Source: an uncultured Chloroflexia bacterium | Lineage (GTDB): Bacteria > Chloroflexota > Limnocylindria > QHBO01 | Direction: 5' to 3' | DNA: 64,000 bases | Assembly (NCBI GenBank): GCA_963844265.1 | Contig: CAWJMZ010000004.1 | Span: forward strand, 39,942 to 103,941 | In this document: one piece after another, positions 17,714-27,800 of the stretch | Numbering within the stretch: position 1 is the stretch's first letter | Layout: each line of letters opens with the position of its first letter | The notes under the pieces: generated by a model | Told to the model about the DNA's origin: nothing | The model's database searches: none | The model's input: only the letters and a program-made list of their open reading frames with translations | Program-made: the position numbers and the translations under genes

Positions 17714-18514
17714 ATGAGCTATGCGCGGAACCTCCTCGCTCGAGGGGAGGAGGTCGTCTACGAGAGCCGGCAGCACTGGTTCGCCGTCGTGGCGCGGACG
17801 TGGCTCTGGATCGTGCTCGCGGTCATCGCGCTGGCCGTCGTCATCTTCCTGGTCTCCGGCGCCGAGCCGTTCGTGAACCAGACGGTCGACCAAGTGGTCA
17901 CGCTGCTGGCGATCGTCGGATTGCTGCTGGCCGTCGGCTGGGTCGGATTCACCCTGTGGGACTGGCACAACCAGGAGTGGCTGATCACCACGCGCCGCGT
18001 GATCCGAGCCGAGGGCGTGCTCAACAAGCGGGTGACCGACTCGAGCCTCGAGAAGATCAATGACGCGCAGCTCGACCAGAGCATGTTCGGCCGCATGTTC
18101 GGCTTCGGCACGCTCGACATCCTGACGGCCGCCGAGGAGTTCAACGCCGGCAGCAACATCGCCGACTTCCCGATGATCGCCGACCCGATCGACTTCAAGA
18201 AGGCGATGTTCGACCAGAAGCAGATGCTCGAGAATCCGGACCTCGCCCCGCCCCGCTACCAGCGCGCCGCCGCGCCGGCGGCGATGCAGCCCGCCGATCC
18301 CATGCCCCCGCGCGCCGGCTCCGACCGGGTCGTGGTCGCCAGTGAGTCGGCCGCCGCGCCCGCACCGCCTCCCGCTGCGCCGGCAGCGGATCCCCGCCCC
18401 ACGTCGGAGGAGCTCAGCGCCACGCTGGAGCGGCTGGCCGGCCTCCGTGACAAGGGCCTGATCACGCCGGACGAGTTCGAGGCCAAGAAGGCGCAGATCC
18501 TGGAGCGCATGTAG
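17714..18514 (+). CDS. Membrane protein with a bacterial PH (bPH_2/YdbT-like) domain and a C-terminal SHOCT domain
   Basis: Two TM helices are followed by WLITTRRVIRAEGVLNKRVTDSSLEKINDAQLDQSMFGRMFGFGTLDI. A Pro/Ala-rich linker then leads to LRDKGLITPDEFEAKKAQIL (SHOCT). Confidence 0.8.
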   Translation: MSYARNLLARGEEVVYESRQHWFAVVARTWLWIVLAVIALAVVIFLVSGAEPFVNQTVDQVVTLLAIVGLLLAVGWVGFTLWDWHNQEWLITTRRVIRAEGVLNKRVTDSSLEKINDAQLDQSMFGRMFGFGTLDILTAAEEFNAGSNIADFPMIADPIDFKKAMFDQKQMLENPDLAPPRYQRAAAPAAMQPADPMPPRAGSDRVVVASESAAAPAPPPAAPAADPRPTSEELSATLERLAGLRDKGLITPDEFEAKKAQILERM

Positions 18515-18515
18515 C

Positions 18516-19385
18516 TTGGCCCTGTCCGAGGGGGCCTCTGGCGCCGAGCTCGATCGGCGCATCACCGAGGCGACCGACGCCATTCGTGAGCGCCTGTCCG
18601 CGACGCCCGGGCTGGCCGAACCGAAGCTGGTCACCGTCCTCGGCTCTGGTCTCGGTGGTGTCGTGGAGCTGCTCGACCCCGACCCGCGTGTGAGCATCGC
18701 GTACGGCGAGATCCCGCACGTGCCGGGCGCCGGGGTGGAGGGCCACGCCGGCCAGCTGGTGGCTGGCTCGGTGGGCGGGGCGTCGATGATCATCCTGTCG
18801 GGGCGTGCCCACCCGTACGAGGGCTATTCGCAGCGCGAGGCCACCCTCCTGCTTCGCGCCGTCCTGGCCCTCGGGCCGAAGACGGCGGTGCTGACCAACG
18901 CCGCCGGCGGGCTGGACCCGACCTTCGAGCCGGGCGACGTGATGGTCCTCACCGATCACCTGAACCTGTCCGGCGACAACCCGCTGATCGGTCCCAACCT
19001 GGACCGATTCGGTCCTCGCTTCCCGGCGCTGACCGATGCGTACGACCCGGACCTGCGCGCCGAGGCACTGGCCGCCTCGGAGCGGACCGGCATTCCGCTG
19101 CGGCAGGGCGTGTACGTCATGCTCGCGGGGCCGTCGTACGAGACGCGCGCGGAGATGCGGATGCTTCGCGGGTTGGGCGGCGATGCGGTCGGCATGAGCA
19201 CCGCGCACGAGACGATCGTCGCCCGCCATGCGGACGTGAGGGTCGTCGCGTTCAGCCTCATCACGAACAAGGCCACCGAGGACGTGGAGGTGGGCGCCAC
19301 CCACGAGGAGGTCATCGAGATGGGACGCCTCGGAGCCGAACGCCTCGTCACCCTGCTCGGCGACCTGCTGCCGCGCCTGGTCTGA
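18516..19385 (+). CDS. Purine nucleoside phosphorylase (trimeric PNP family)
   Basis: Motifs: VLGSGLGGV, GRAHPYEGY, LTNAAGGL, AGPSYETRAE and GMSTAHE. Confidence 0.9.
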   Translation: MALSEGASGAELDRRITEATDAIRERLSATPGLAEPKLVTVLGSGLGGVVELLDPDPRVSIAYGEIPHVPGAGVEGHAGQLVAGSVGGASMIILSGRAHPYEGYSQREATLLLRAVLALGPKTAVLTNAAGGLDPTFEPGDVMVLTDHLNLSGDNPLIGPNLDRFGPRFPALTDAYDPDLRAEALAASERTGIPLRQGVYVMLAGPSYETRAEMRMLRGLGGDAVGMSTAHETIVARHADVRVVAFSLITNKATEDVEVGATHEEVIEMGRLGAERLVTLLGDLLPRLV

Positions 19386-19397
19386 GCCTGCGGACCG

Positions 19398-20012
19398 GTG
19401 CTCTTCTTCGACACGACGTTCGCCCAGGTCGTCGGCATCGCCGTGGCGCTGGTGATCGGCATCACCTTCCACGAGTTCAGCCACGCGTTCACCGCGGACC
19501 AGCTCGGGGACCATCGGCCGCGTGCCCTGGGCCGGGTGAGCCTCAGCCCGACCGCACACATCGACCCGATCGGTGCGCTCGTGTTCGTCCTCGCCGGCTT
19601 CGGCTGGGGCAAGCCCGTCCCGGTGAACGTCTACGCGCTGCGGCCCGGACGCGTCGGCATGGCGATGGTGGCTGCGGCGGGACCGATTGCCAACGTCATC
19701 GTGGCGGTGCTGGCGGCGGTCGTGTTCCGCGTCATGAACATCGCCGGCGTCGGCGGGTTCGCGCTCGAGGTGATGTACTTCGTCGTCCTGTACAACCTGC
19801 TGCTGGCGGTCTTCAATCTGCTGCCGATCCCGCCGCTCGATGGCTACAACGTCGTCCTTGCCTTCGTGCCGGCGCGCACGGCGTTCACGATCCAGCGCTA
19901 CTCGCAGTACGGCGTGCTGCTCCTCCTGCTGCTGGTCTTCCTGCCGGGGAGTCCACTCGGCGTGATGTTCGACATCGTCGAGGCCGGCACGCGGATCTTG
20001 ATCGGTGCATAG
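19398..20012 (+). CDS. Site-2 protease family (M50) membrane metalloprotease
   Basis: It carries the HEFSHAF zinc motif, several TM helices and the LLPIPPLDG motif. Confidence 0.85.
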   Translation: MLFFDTTFAQVVGIAVALVIGITFHEFSHAFTADQLGDHRPRALGRVSLSPTAHIDPIGALVFVLAGFGWGKPVPVNVYALRPGRVGMAMVAAAGPIANVIVAVLAAVVFRVMNIAGVGGFALEVMYFVVLYNLLLAVFNLLPIPPLDGYNVVLAFVPARTAFTIQRYSQYGVLLLLLLVFLPGSPLGVMFDIVEAGTRILIGA

Positions 20013-20490
20013 GGTCGGCCAATTCGTCGCGCACGTTCGCGCCCGGGTGGCGCCCGACGAGGCGGCCTTCGCGCGTCGCGTGCTGCCACCCGATGCCGCG
20101 ACGCTGTTCGATGGCATGACTGTCGCGGACCGGCGCCACGCGCTCGACGTGAGCGGGCGACTCCTGGCGACGGGAACCGACGATCCCGACCTGCTGGCCG
20201 CCGCCCTGCTGCACGACGCGGCCAAGGGGCACCGGATGCGGCTGTGGCACAGGACCGCCGGGGTGCTGCTGGAGGCGTTCGCCCCGGCCACCCTGCGCCG
20301 GCTGGCCAGCCCAGACCCATCGTCGTGGCGACATCCGTTCCACCTGTACCTGCACCACGCCGAGCTGTCGGCCGAGATGGCGGTGGCCGCCGGCTGCTCG
20401 GCGCGGACCGCAGCGTTCATCCGCGGCGATGCCGCGGACTCCGACGTGCGCCTGCAGCGTGCGCTCGACGACGCCGATGACGCATCCTGA
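20005..20490 (+). CDS. HD-domain protein
   Basis: It contains DRRHALDV, AALLHDAAKG and a LYLHHAEL histidine/aspartate pattern. It overlaps the upstream stop by 8 nt. Confidence 0.7.
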   Translation: MHRVGQFVAHVRARVAPDEAAFARRVLPPDAATLFDGMTVADRRHALDVSGRLLATGTDDPDLLAAALLHDAAKGHRMRLWHRTAGVLLEAFAPATLRRLASPDPSSWRHPFHLYLHHAELSAEMAVAAGCSARTAAFIRGDAADSDVRLQRALDDADDAS

Positions 20491-21265
20491 GCCCATGCAG
20501 CCGATCCCGGTCGAGCCGGAGGGCTCCGTCGCGGTACCCGTGGGAGATGGATCGTTCACCCTCGCCCTCCCGGTGTTCGAGGGGCCGCTCCAGCTGCTGC
20601 TGCACCTCATCGAGTCGCGCCAGCTCGACGTGCTGACCGTGCCCCTGGCAGTGGTCGCCGATGCCTACGTCGAGCACCTGGCGCGACACCCGGTCGACGC
20701 CGCCAACCTGTCCGAGTTCGTCTCAATGGCGGCCCAGCTCATCTATCTGAAGTCGAAGCGGCTGCTCCCGACCGAGCCGCTGCCACCGGTGCCGGAGGGT
20801 GCCGACGAGCCCGACGAAGAGGAGCTGCGCCGGCGGGTCCTCGAGTATCGAGCCCTGCGCGACGCGTCGCTGGCACTGGGCGAGCGGGACGGCGCCAGCC
20901 CGGTGATGCGCCGCGAGCCGCGGGAGTCGGATCTGCCGGAGGTGCCAGCCGAGCCCGTGCCGGCCAGGATGCTCGCCGACGCGCTGGAGACGCTGGCCGC
21001 CATCCCCGAGCCGATGGCGCCTCCGCCCGAGGTCGTGCCACGGGAGATCACGATTGGCCAGCAGATCGCCGTCCTGCGCCAGGCGCTGTCGGGCGGTGGC
21101 CGGGTCCTGCTGCACACCATTCTCGCCCGATGCCGGTCACGCACCGAGGCGGCGGTCACGTTCCTCGCCACGCTGGAGCTCGTCCGCAGACGCCAGGTCA
21201 CGGCCGAGCAGCATGAGCTGTTCGGGCCGATCGTCATCGAAAACGCTCCGGACTCCGCCTCGTGA
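20477..21265 (+). CDS. scpA: Segregation and condensation protein A
   Basis: Contains LPVFEGPLQLLLHLIESRQLDV and TFLATLELVR. The start could instead be the ATG at 20495. Confidence 0.9.
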   Translation: MTHPEPMQPIPVEPEGSVAVPVGDGSFTLALPVFEGPLQLLLHLIESRQLDVLTVPLAVVADAYVEHLARHPVDAANLSEFVSMAAQLIYLKSKRLLPTEPLPPVPEGADEPDEEELRRRVLEYRALRDASLALGERDGASPVMRREPRESDLPEVPAEPVPARMLADALETLAAIPEPMAPPPEVVPREITIGQQIAVLRQALSGGGRVLLHTILARCRSRTEAAVTFLATLELVRRRQVTAEQHELFGPIVIENAPDSAS

Positions 21266-21837
21266 CGACCGGCGACGATCTCGACGCCTACTACGAGGCG
21301 CTGCTGTTCATCGCCGAGCGGCCGCTTGCGACCGCCGAGCTCGCCGAGCTGGGCGGCGTGCCGCGCCTGCAGGCTGAGGCGACCCTGTCCGCGCTGGGAG
21401 AGCGGCTCGACGAGGACGGTCGCGGCATCCGCCTTCAGCACCACGATGACGCGTGGCAGCTCGTGACCGCGCCCGAGGTCGGCGCCCGGTTGGCCACATA
21501 CGCCGCCCGCGAGGAGGCGCGCCTGACGCACGCGGCGCTGGAGGCGCTGGCCGTCGTCGCGTATCGACAGCCGTGCACGCGGGGCGACGTTGAGCGGGTG
21601 CGCGGCGTCGACTCCGACTACGTGATCCGATCGCTGATGCACCGGCGGCTGATCGCCGAGGTCGGGCGGCGCGACACGCCCGGGCGTCCCGTGCTGTTCG
21701 CCACGACCTTCACGTTCCTCGAGCGCTTCGGGCTGACCTCCCTCGACGACCTTCCGCCGCTCTCGACGGACGCGGCGCAGCTCGCCTCGCTAACCGGGCC
21801 GGCCGCGCCGGGGCGCGCCTCCACCGATGGCGAGTGA
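21262..21837 (+). CDS. scpB: Segregation and condensation protein B
   Basis: The start overlaps the scpA stop by GTGA. Motifs: EALLFIAERPL, ALEALAVVAYRQPCTRGDVERVRGV and GRPVLFATT. Confidence 0.9.
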   Translation: MTTGDDLDAYYEALLFIAERPLATAELAELGGVPRLQAEATLSALGERLDEDGRGIRLQHHDDAWQLVTAPEVGARLATYAAREEARLTHAALEALAVVAYRQPCTRGDVERVRGVDSDYVIRSLMHRRLIAEVGRRDTPGRPVLFATTFTFLERFGLTSLDDLPPLSTDAAQLASLTGPAAPGRASTDGE

Positions 21838-22573
21838 GCGTCTCCAGAAGATCATCGCGCGGGCTGGCATCGCCTCCCGCCGCCAGGCCGAGCAGCTGGT
21901 GGCGGACGGCCGTGTCAGCGTCAACGGCCACCGCGCCGGCCTGGGGGACTCGGCCGACGCCGGCCGGGATCGGATCGAGATCGACGGCCGGCCGCTGGAT
22001 CGTCCGGCGCCGGCGATCCACCTCGCCGTTCACAAGCCCCGCGGGTTCCTCTCCTCGGCCCGTGACGAGCGCGGCCGTCGCTCGGTGCTGGCCCTGGTCG
22101 ACACCGGCGGCGAGCGCCTGTGGCCTGCCGGACGGCTCGACGTGGAGTCCGAGGGCCTGATGCTGCTCACCAACGACGGGGAGTGGGCGAACCGCGTCCT
22201 CCACCCACGCTTCGGAACGGAGCGCGAGTACGCGGCGCTCGTCGCGCCAGCACCGACACGACAGCAGCTCGACCGGCTGCGCAAGGGCGTCGTCCTCGAG
22301 GACGGTCCGGCGCGACTGCTGGCGGCCCGCCACGCGCCCCCGCCCCCGGAGATCGCCCGCGAGCGCGGCGAGAACGGCGCGTGGCTCCGCGTGCGGATCG
22401 GCGAGGGCCGCAAGCGCGAGGTGCGCCGCCTCTTCGAAGCCGTCGACTCGCGGGTCGAGCGGCTGGTCCGGACGCGGCTCGGGCCGCTGACCCTGGCCGG
22501 CCTGCGCGAGGGCGAATGGCGCCGGCTGCGTCCACGGGAGGTGGCGGAGCTGGCCGGCGCCGGGCGCCGATGA
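21827..22573 (+). CDS. rluB: Pseudouridine synthase (RsuA/RluB family)
   Basis: It has an S4 domain (RLQKIIARAGIASRRQAEQLV) and the catalytic motif GRLDVESEGLMLLTNDG. Confidence 0.88.
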   Translation: MASERLQKIIARAGIASRRQAEQLVADGRVSVNGHRAGLGDSADAGRDRIEIDGRPLDRPAPAIHLAVHKPRGFLSSARDERGRRSVLALVDTGGERLWPAGRLDVESEGLMLLTNDGEWANRVLHPRFGTEREYAALVAPAPTRQQLDRLRKGVVLEDGPARLLAARHAPPPPEIARERGENGAWLRVRIGEGRKREVRRLFEAVDSRVERLVRTRLGPLTLAGLREGEWRRLRPREVAELAGAGRR

Positions 22574-23244
22574 TGCGCCGCATCGCGATCGATGGGCCGT
22601 CCGGCGCCGGAAAGTCGACCGTGGGCCACGCGCTCGCGCAGCGCATCGGCGCGACGTTCGTCGACACCGGGCTGATGTACCGCGCCCTGACCCTCGCCGC
22701 ACTGCGGCAGGGGATCGACATCGAGGATCCCGGTGCGCTCGGCCGGCTGGCGACCAGTGTCGAGATCGACGTGGAGCGGCCGGGACCGGAGCATCCGGAT
22801 CGCCTGGAGACGGTGCTGCTCGACGGCCGAGACGTGACCGATGCAGTGCGCTTGCCCGAGGTCGACCGCGCTGTGAGCGGGGTCAGCCGTCACGCCACCG
22901 TTCGCGACGCGATGCTCGAGGTGCAGCGGGCAGCGGCAAAGCGCGGCGACACCGTGATGGTCGGGCGCGACATCGGCACCGTGGTCCTGCCGGACGCCAC
23001 GCTCAAGGTCTTCATCGAGGCCGCACCTGACGTTCGCGCCGCCCGGCGCGCGGCGGAGATGGGCGCCGCGGATCGCTACGACGAATACCTGGCCGAGATC
23101 CTGCGCCGTGACGCCGCCGACTCGGGCCGTGACATTGCACCGCTGCGCCAGGCCGAGGGTGCCCTGGTGGTCGACACGGGCGTGCGAGATGTCGAGGCCT
23201 GCGTGGATGACATCGTCGCCCGGCTGGAGGCGATGGGTGCGTAG
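22570..23244 (+). CDS. cmk: Cytidylate kinase
   Basis: The start overlaps the rluB stop by ATGA. It contains IAIDGPSGAGKSTV and DTGLMYRA, and the product is 224 aa. Confidence 0.95.
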   Translation: MMRRIAIDGPSGAGKSTVGHALAQRIGATFVDTGLMYRALTLAALRQGIDIEDPGALGRLATSVEIDVERPGPEHPDRLETVLLDGRDVTDAVRLPEVDRAVSGVSRHATVRDAMLEVQRAAAKRGDTVMVGRDIGTVVLPDATLKVFIEAAPDVRAARRAAEMGAADRYDEYLAEILRRDAADSGRDIAPLRQAEGALVVDTGVRDVEACVDDIVARLEAMGA

Positions 23245-23887
23245 CTGGTTCTACCACCCCGCCTCGGCCGTCATCGGGTTCGTCTCGCGACTGCTGTGGG
23301 GCGCGCGCGTCGAGGGCACCGAGCATCTGCCGCGAACCGGACCGTTCATCCTCGTCTGCAACCACTGCTCGAACCTGGACCCGCCGATGATGGGCTGGGC
23401 CAGCGGGCACCAGATCGGCCGCATCGTGCACTTCATGGCGAAGATCGAGATGCGGAGCTGGCCCATCATCGGCTGGCTGGCCACCCAGTCCGGCGTGTAT
23501 TTCGTGCGCCGCGGCGAGGGGGATCGGGCCGCGCAGCGGTTCAGCCTCGAGGCGCTGGCCGACGGCCGGCCGATCGCCATCTTCCCGGAGGGCACGCGCT
23601 CGCGGGTTGGGCGGCTGAAGGCCGGCAAGCCCGGCGCCGCGATGCTGGCGATCCGCTCGGGCGCGCCGCTCGTCCCGGCGGCCATCAGCGGCACGCAGCG
23701 GATCTTTCCCGACGGCGCGCGCTGGCCGCGCCCGACGCGCGTGCGCATTCGGATCGGCGAGCCGTTCAGCCTGCCGCACCAGCCGACCGGGCGCATCGAC
23801 CGCCAGGCGCTGGCCGGGGGAACGGAGCGCATCATGTCGGAGATCGAGGCGCTGCTGCCCCCCGAGCAGCGGCGTGAGCCCCGCTGA
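23237..23887 (+). CDS. plsC: 1-acyl-sn-glycerol-3-phosphate acyltransferase
   Basis: It has the HX4D motif (NHCSNLDPP) and the FPEGTRS motif. The GTG start overlaps the end of cmk by 8 nt. Confidence 0.88.
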   Translation: MRSWFYHPASAVIGFVSRLLWGARVEGTEHLPRTGPFILVCNHCSNLDPPMMGWASGHQIGRIVHFMAKIEMRSWPIIGWLATQSGVYFVRRGEGDRAAQRFSLEALADGRPIAIFPEGTRSRVGRLKAGKPGAAMLAIRSGAPLVPAAISGTQRIFPDGARWPRPTRVRIRIGEPFSLPHQPTGRIDRQALAGGTERIMSEIEALLPPEQRREPR

Positions 23888-23890
23888 TCG

Positions 23891-23916
23891 GGACCGTGGA
23901 AAGGGGCCTACGGTCC
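23891..23916 (+). terminator. Hairpin GGACCGT-N12-ACGGTCC after plsC
   Basis: A perfect 7-bp stem lies directly after the plsC stop and just upstream of the ispH -10-like box. There is no U-tract. Confidence 0.35.
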
Positions 23917-23924
23917 AACTCCCG

Positions 23925-23930
23925 TAGAAT
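23925..23930 (+). promoter_or_regulatory. -10-like box TAGAAT, 7 nt before the ispH ATG (leaderless candidate)
   Basis: TAGAAT, then tgggccg, then ATG at 23938. Confidence 0.45.
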
Positions 23931-23937
23931 TGGGCCG

Positions 23938-24813
23938 ATGACCACGGCCACCCGACCTGACGTTCGCATCGCCGAGCGCGCCGGCTTCTGCTACGGCGTG
24001 CGCCTCGCCATCGACAAGGCCAAGCACGCTCGCGACGAGGGCAAGGAGGTCACGACCCTCGGCCAGCTCGTTCACAACCCCGGCATCAAGGCCGACCTCT
24101 CGGATCGAGGGATCCGCACGGCCGACCTTGCGGACCAGGTCGAGGGCGGCACGCTGGTGATCCGCGCCCATGGCGTTCCGAAGTCGGAGTTCGAGCAGGT
24201 CAAGGACAAGGAGTCGCTGGAGGTCATCGACGCGACCTGCACCTGGGTACTCCAGTCGCAGAAGGCCGCCCGCGAGCTGGCGGAGGCCGGCTACACCGTG
24301 GCGATCATCGGCCACGAGGACCATCCCGAGGTGAAGGGCGTTCGCTCGTATGCCGGCGAGCACCACGTCGTGGTCGACGACATGGATCGCTCCACCTGGG
24401 AGCGGGTCCCGCGCACGAAGAAGATCGGCGTCCTGTCGCAGAGCACGATCCTTCCCAACAAGCTCGAGGAGTTCGCCGCCTTCTGCCTGCGCCGCTGCCA
24501 CGACCTGCGAGTGGTGAACACCGTCTGCCCGGTGACGCTCACCCGCCAGGACGACTCGGTCAAGCTCGCCCGCGAGGTCGACGCCATGATCGTGGTCGGC
24601 GGCAAGAACAGCTCGAACACCAAGGAGCTTGCGGTGAAGTGCCGCGACATCCTGCCCGAGACCGTGCACGTCGCCGATGCGGACGAGCTCATCGACGAGC
24701 ACGCCGACTGGCTGGCCGGCAAGGCACGGATCGGGATCACCGGCGGGACGTCCACGCCGGAGGTCGACCTCGAGGAGGTCCGCGACCGCATCTACGCCCT
24801 GGCCGCGGCGTAA
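23938..24813 (+). CDS. ispH: 4-hydroxy-3-methylbut-2-enyl diphosphate reductase
   Basis: Contains AGFCYGVRLAI, IRAHGVP, DATCTWV and NTVCPVT (three cluster cysteines), plus GGKNSSNT. Confidence 0.95.
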   Translation: MTTATRPDVRIAERAGFCYGVRLAIDKAKHARDEGKEVTTLGQLVHNPGIKADLSDRGIRTADLADQVEGGTLVIRAHGVPKSEFEQVKDKESLEVIDATCTWVLQSQKAARELAEAGYTVAIIGHEDHPEVKGVRSYAGEHHVVVDDMDRSTWERVPRTKKIGVLSQSTILPNKLEEFAAFCLRRCHDLRVVNTVCPVTLTRQDDSVKLAREVDAMIVVGGKNSSNTKELAVKCRDILPETVHVADADELIDEHADWLAGKARIGITGGTSTPEVDLEEVRDRIYALAAA

Positions 24814-24832
24814 GTCGGCCCAGACGCCCGCG

Positions 24833-24838
24833 TAGACT
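24833..24838 (+). promoter_or_regulatory. -10-like box TAGACT, 7 nt before the GTG at 24846 (leaderless candidate)
   Basis: TAGACT, then gcggggc, then GTG. Confidence 0.4.
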
Positions 24839-24845
24839 GCGGGGC

Positions 24846-27800
24846 GTGATCGCCTGCCAGAGCTGCGGCCGTGAGATGGCCGAGGGCTTCGCCTTCTGCC
24901 CGCACTGCGGCGCGGCAACCACCACGCCCCTCGAGGGCGAGGAGCGCAAGCTCGTCACCGTCCTGTTCGCCGACGTGTCCGGATCGACGCACCTGGCCGA
25001 GACGCTGGACGCCGAGGTCGTGCGCGATCTCATGGCGGCCTATTTCGACATCGCGCGCGCCGAGATCGAGGCGCGCGGCGGCACGGTCGAGAAGTTCATC
25101 GGGGATGCGGTGATGGCGGTCTTCGGGGTTCCGGTGGCACACGATGACGATCCGTCGCGGGCGCTCCACGCCGCGCTCGCGATCCGCCAGCGGCTGGCGG
25201 AGCACAACGCGCGCGGGCGATCCGAGGGGGCGACCGAGCTGGAGGTGCGCATCGGCATCAACAGCGGTGAGGTGGTGTCGACGGGGGCGCAGCGGCCGGG
25301 CGAGGTGATGGTCACCGGCGATGCGGTCAACGTCGCAGCCCGCGTGCAGCAGCTGGCCGAGCCCGGCCAGATCCTGGTCACGGGTCGAACGGCGTCGTCG
25401 GCGCCCGAGTTCCGCTATTCGGCGGCCGGCCCGCGCGCGATCCGCGGCAAGGCCGACCAGGTAGACGTCAGTGAGCTGATCGGAGCCGACGAGGAGATCG
25501 CCGGGACACGTCGCACCCACCTTCGCGCACCGCTGGTCGGCCGTGAGGGCGAGCTCGCCCTGCTCGGCTCGATCTATGACCGTGTGGCGGGGGAGCGACG
25601 ACCACATCTCGTGACGCTCTACGGCCAGCCGGGCGTGGGCAAGAGCCGCCTGACCGCCGAGTTCCTCGACGTCCTGGCTCGCCGCCCCAGCCCGCCTCGC
25701 GTGGTGCGCGGACGATGCCTCTCCTACGGCTCAGGGGTCACGTTCTGGCCGCTGGCCGAGATCCTGAAGGGCGAGGCGGGCATCGCCGACGGTGACGCAC
25801 CGGCTGACGCAATGGCGAAGCTGGATGGCCTCGCCGACCGGCTCTGGGCAGCGGACCTCGCCGACGGCCGGCGAACCGCAGCGCTCCTCGGATCGACGGT
25901 GGGCATCGGGCTGCCAGGTTTCGACTTCGGCCATCTGGATCCGGAGGTGATGCGCGCCGAGATCTCGGAGGCCTGGCGAAGGTTCTTCTCCGCGCTGGCC
26001 GAGCGTGAGCCGATGGTGGCGGTCATCGAGGATATCCATTGGGCGGAGCCGGCTCTGCTCGACATCCTGAGCGACCTCGGATCGCGGGTGCAGGGCAGCG
26101 TGCTGTTCCTGTGCCCGGCGCGTCCGGACCTCGTTGATCGCAATCCGACCTGGGGCGGTGGCCGCCCGAGCTTCTCCGCGATCTTCCTCGACCCGCTGCC
26201 GCGAGAGCAGGCCAGCAAGCTGGTCACGATGCTGCTCGAGGTCGAGGCCCTCCCCGACGGCGTCCACGACCGTATCGTCGAGCGCGCCGGCGGCAATCCC
26301 TTCTTCGCCGAGGAGATCGTGCGCCACCTGGTCGACCGCCGTGGCGCCGACGAGCCGTCGGTCGGCGGGCCGGCGCCGGACGTCGCTGCCATCCCGATCC
26401 CCGACACGGTGCAGGCGGTGATCGCGGCCCGCATCGACCTGCTGCGTCCGGACGAGAAGCAGGTCCTGCAGGCCGGCGCCGTCGTGGGCCGCATCTTCTG
26501 GCCGGCGCCGGTGGCGCGGTACCTCGACGTGGCGCCCCACCACGTCGTCGACCTGCTGCGCGCGCTCGAGGCGCGGGACCTGGTCATCTCGCGCCTCGAC
26601 TCGAGCATGCGCGGAGAACAGGAGTACATCTTCAAGCACGCACTCGTGCGCGACGTCGCGTACGAGAGCATCCCCAGGAGGGATCGCGCCATGGCGCACC
26701 TGGAGGTCGTGCGGTGGATCGAGGAGGCGGTGGGTGAGCGCCGCATCGAGTTCGTCGAGCTCCTGGCTCACCACTACACCGCCGCGCAGCGCGCCGCGGA
26801 GTGGGGACGCGTGGAGCCCGACCGGCGCGAGGAGATCCGAGCCAGGGCCGTCGAGCTCCTGTTCGACGCTGCCGACGAGGCCGGGCGGCTCTTCGCCATG
26901 GACCGCGCGACGGAGCGCGTGACCACGGGCCTTGAGCTCGCGCAGGGCCCGATCGAGCGCTCGCGGGGCCTGGAGGCGTTGTCGAAGCTCGCGCTGTGGC
27001 AGGACAACGGGGACGAGGCATGGCGAGCCGCGCGCGAAGCGGTCGACCTGCGCATGGCGGCGCCGGGACCGGTCGACCGCCGGCTCATCGCGCGAATGTG
27101 CGGGCATCTGCTGGCCATGCCGACGCGCTGGCCCGGACTGCTTCGGACGCTCCCCTCACGCGAGGAGGCGGCGCCGTACCTCGAGCTGGGCTTCTCGATG
27201 CTGGATCCGGGTGACAGCGAGGAACGCATCGGTCTCCTGCTGGCCAAGGCCGCCTGGGGCTGGGGCTTCGCCGAGGCTGACCGTGATCCTGCCCGGACCG
27301 AGATCTACCGCGCTGCGGCCGAGGATGCGATCGAGATTGCTCGCCGCATGGGGCGGCTCGATCTGCTGTCGGCGGCGCTGGATACCGCCGGCGCGGTGAG
27401 CCAGGAGATCGGCGGCTACGGGCTCGCGAACGTGTACCAGCTCCAGCGAATCGACCTGGTGCCGGAGCTCGACGACCCCTCCGAGATCGCCGACATCATC
27501 GGCACACTGGCCTGGCACTACGTCCACATCGGCGAATACCGCAAAGCCACCGAGCTCGAGCCATCCACCTTCTCGGAACGGTGGGGCCTGAACATGCCCC
27601 TGCTCAGCCACCGGACGAAGCTCGCCTTCAACGCCGTGGCGCTCTACCGGATGGCGCGCTGGGAGGACTTCTGGGAGACGTTCCGGGGCATCGACGCCAC
27701 GATCGACCACGGCAAGGCCATCACCTACCACCTCATGCGGCTCTACGCGGCGGCGGCCTACCTCCACGAGGTGGCGGGCCGAGATGCCGATGCCGACCGC

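Noticed and set aside
18393-18403. CCCGCCCCACG inside the bPH-SHOCT gene could be a fourth copy of the intergenic motif.
   Set aside because: Only 11 nt match, and I estimate roughly 0.5 chance occurrences in the window. The match lies in a Pro-rich coding stretch where such words are compositionally expected.
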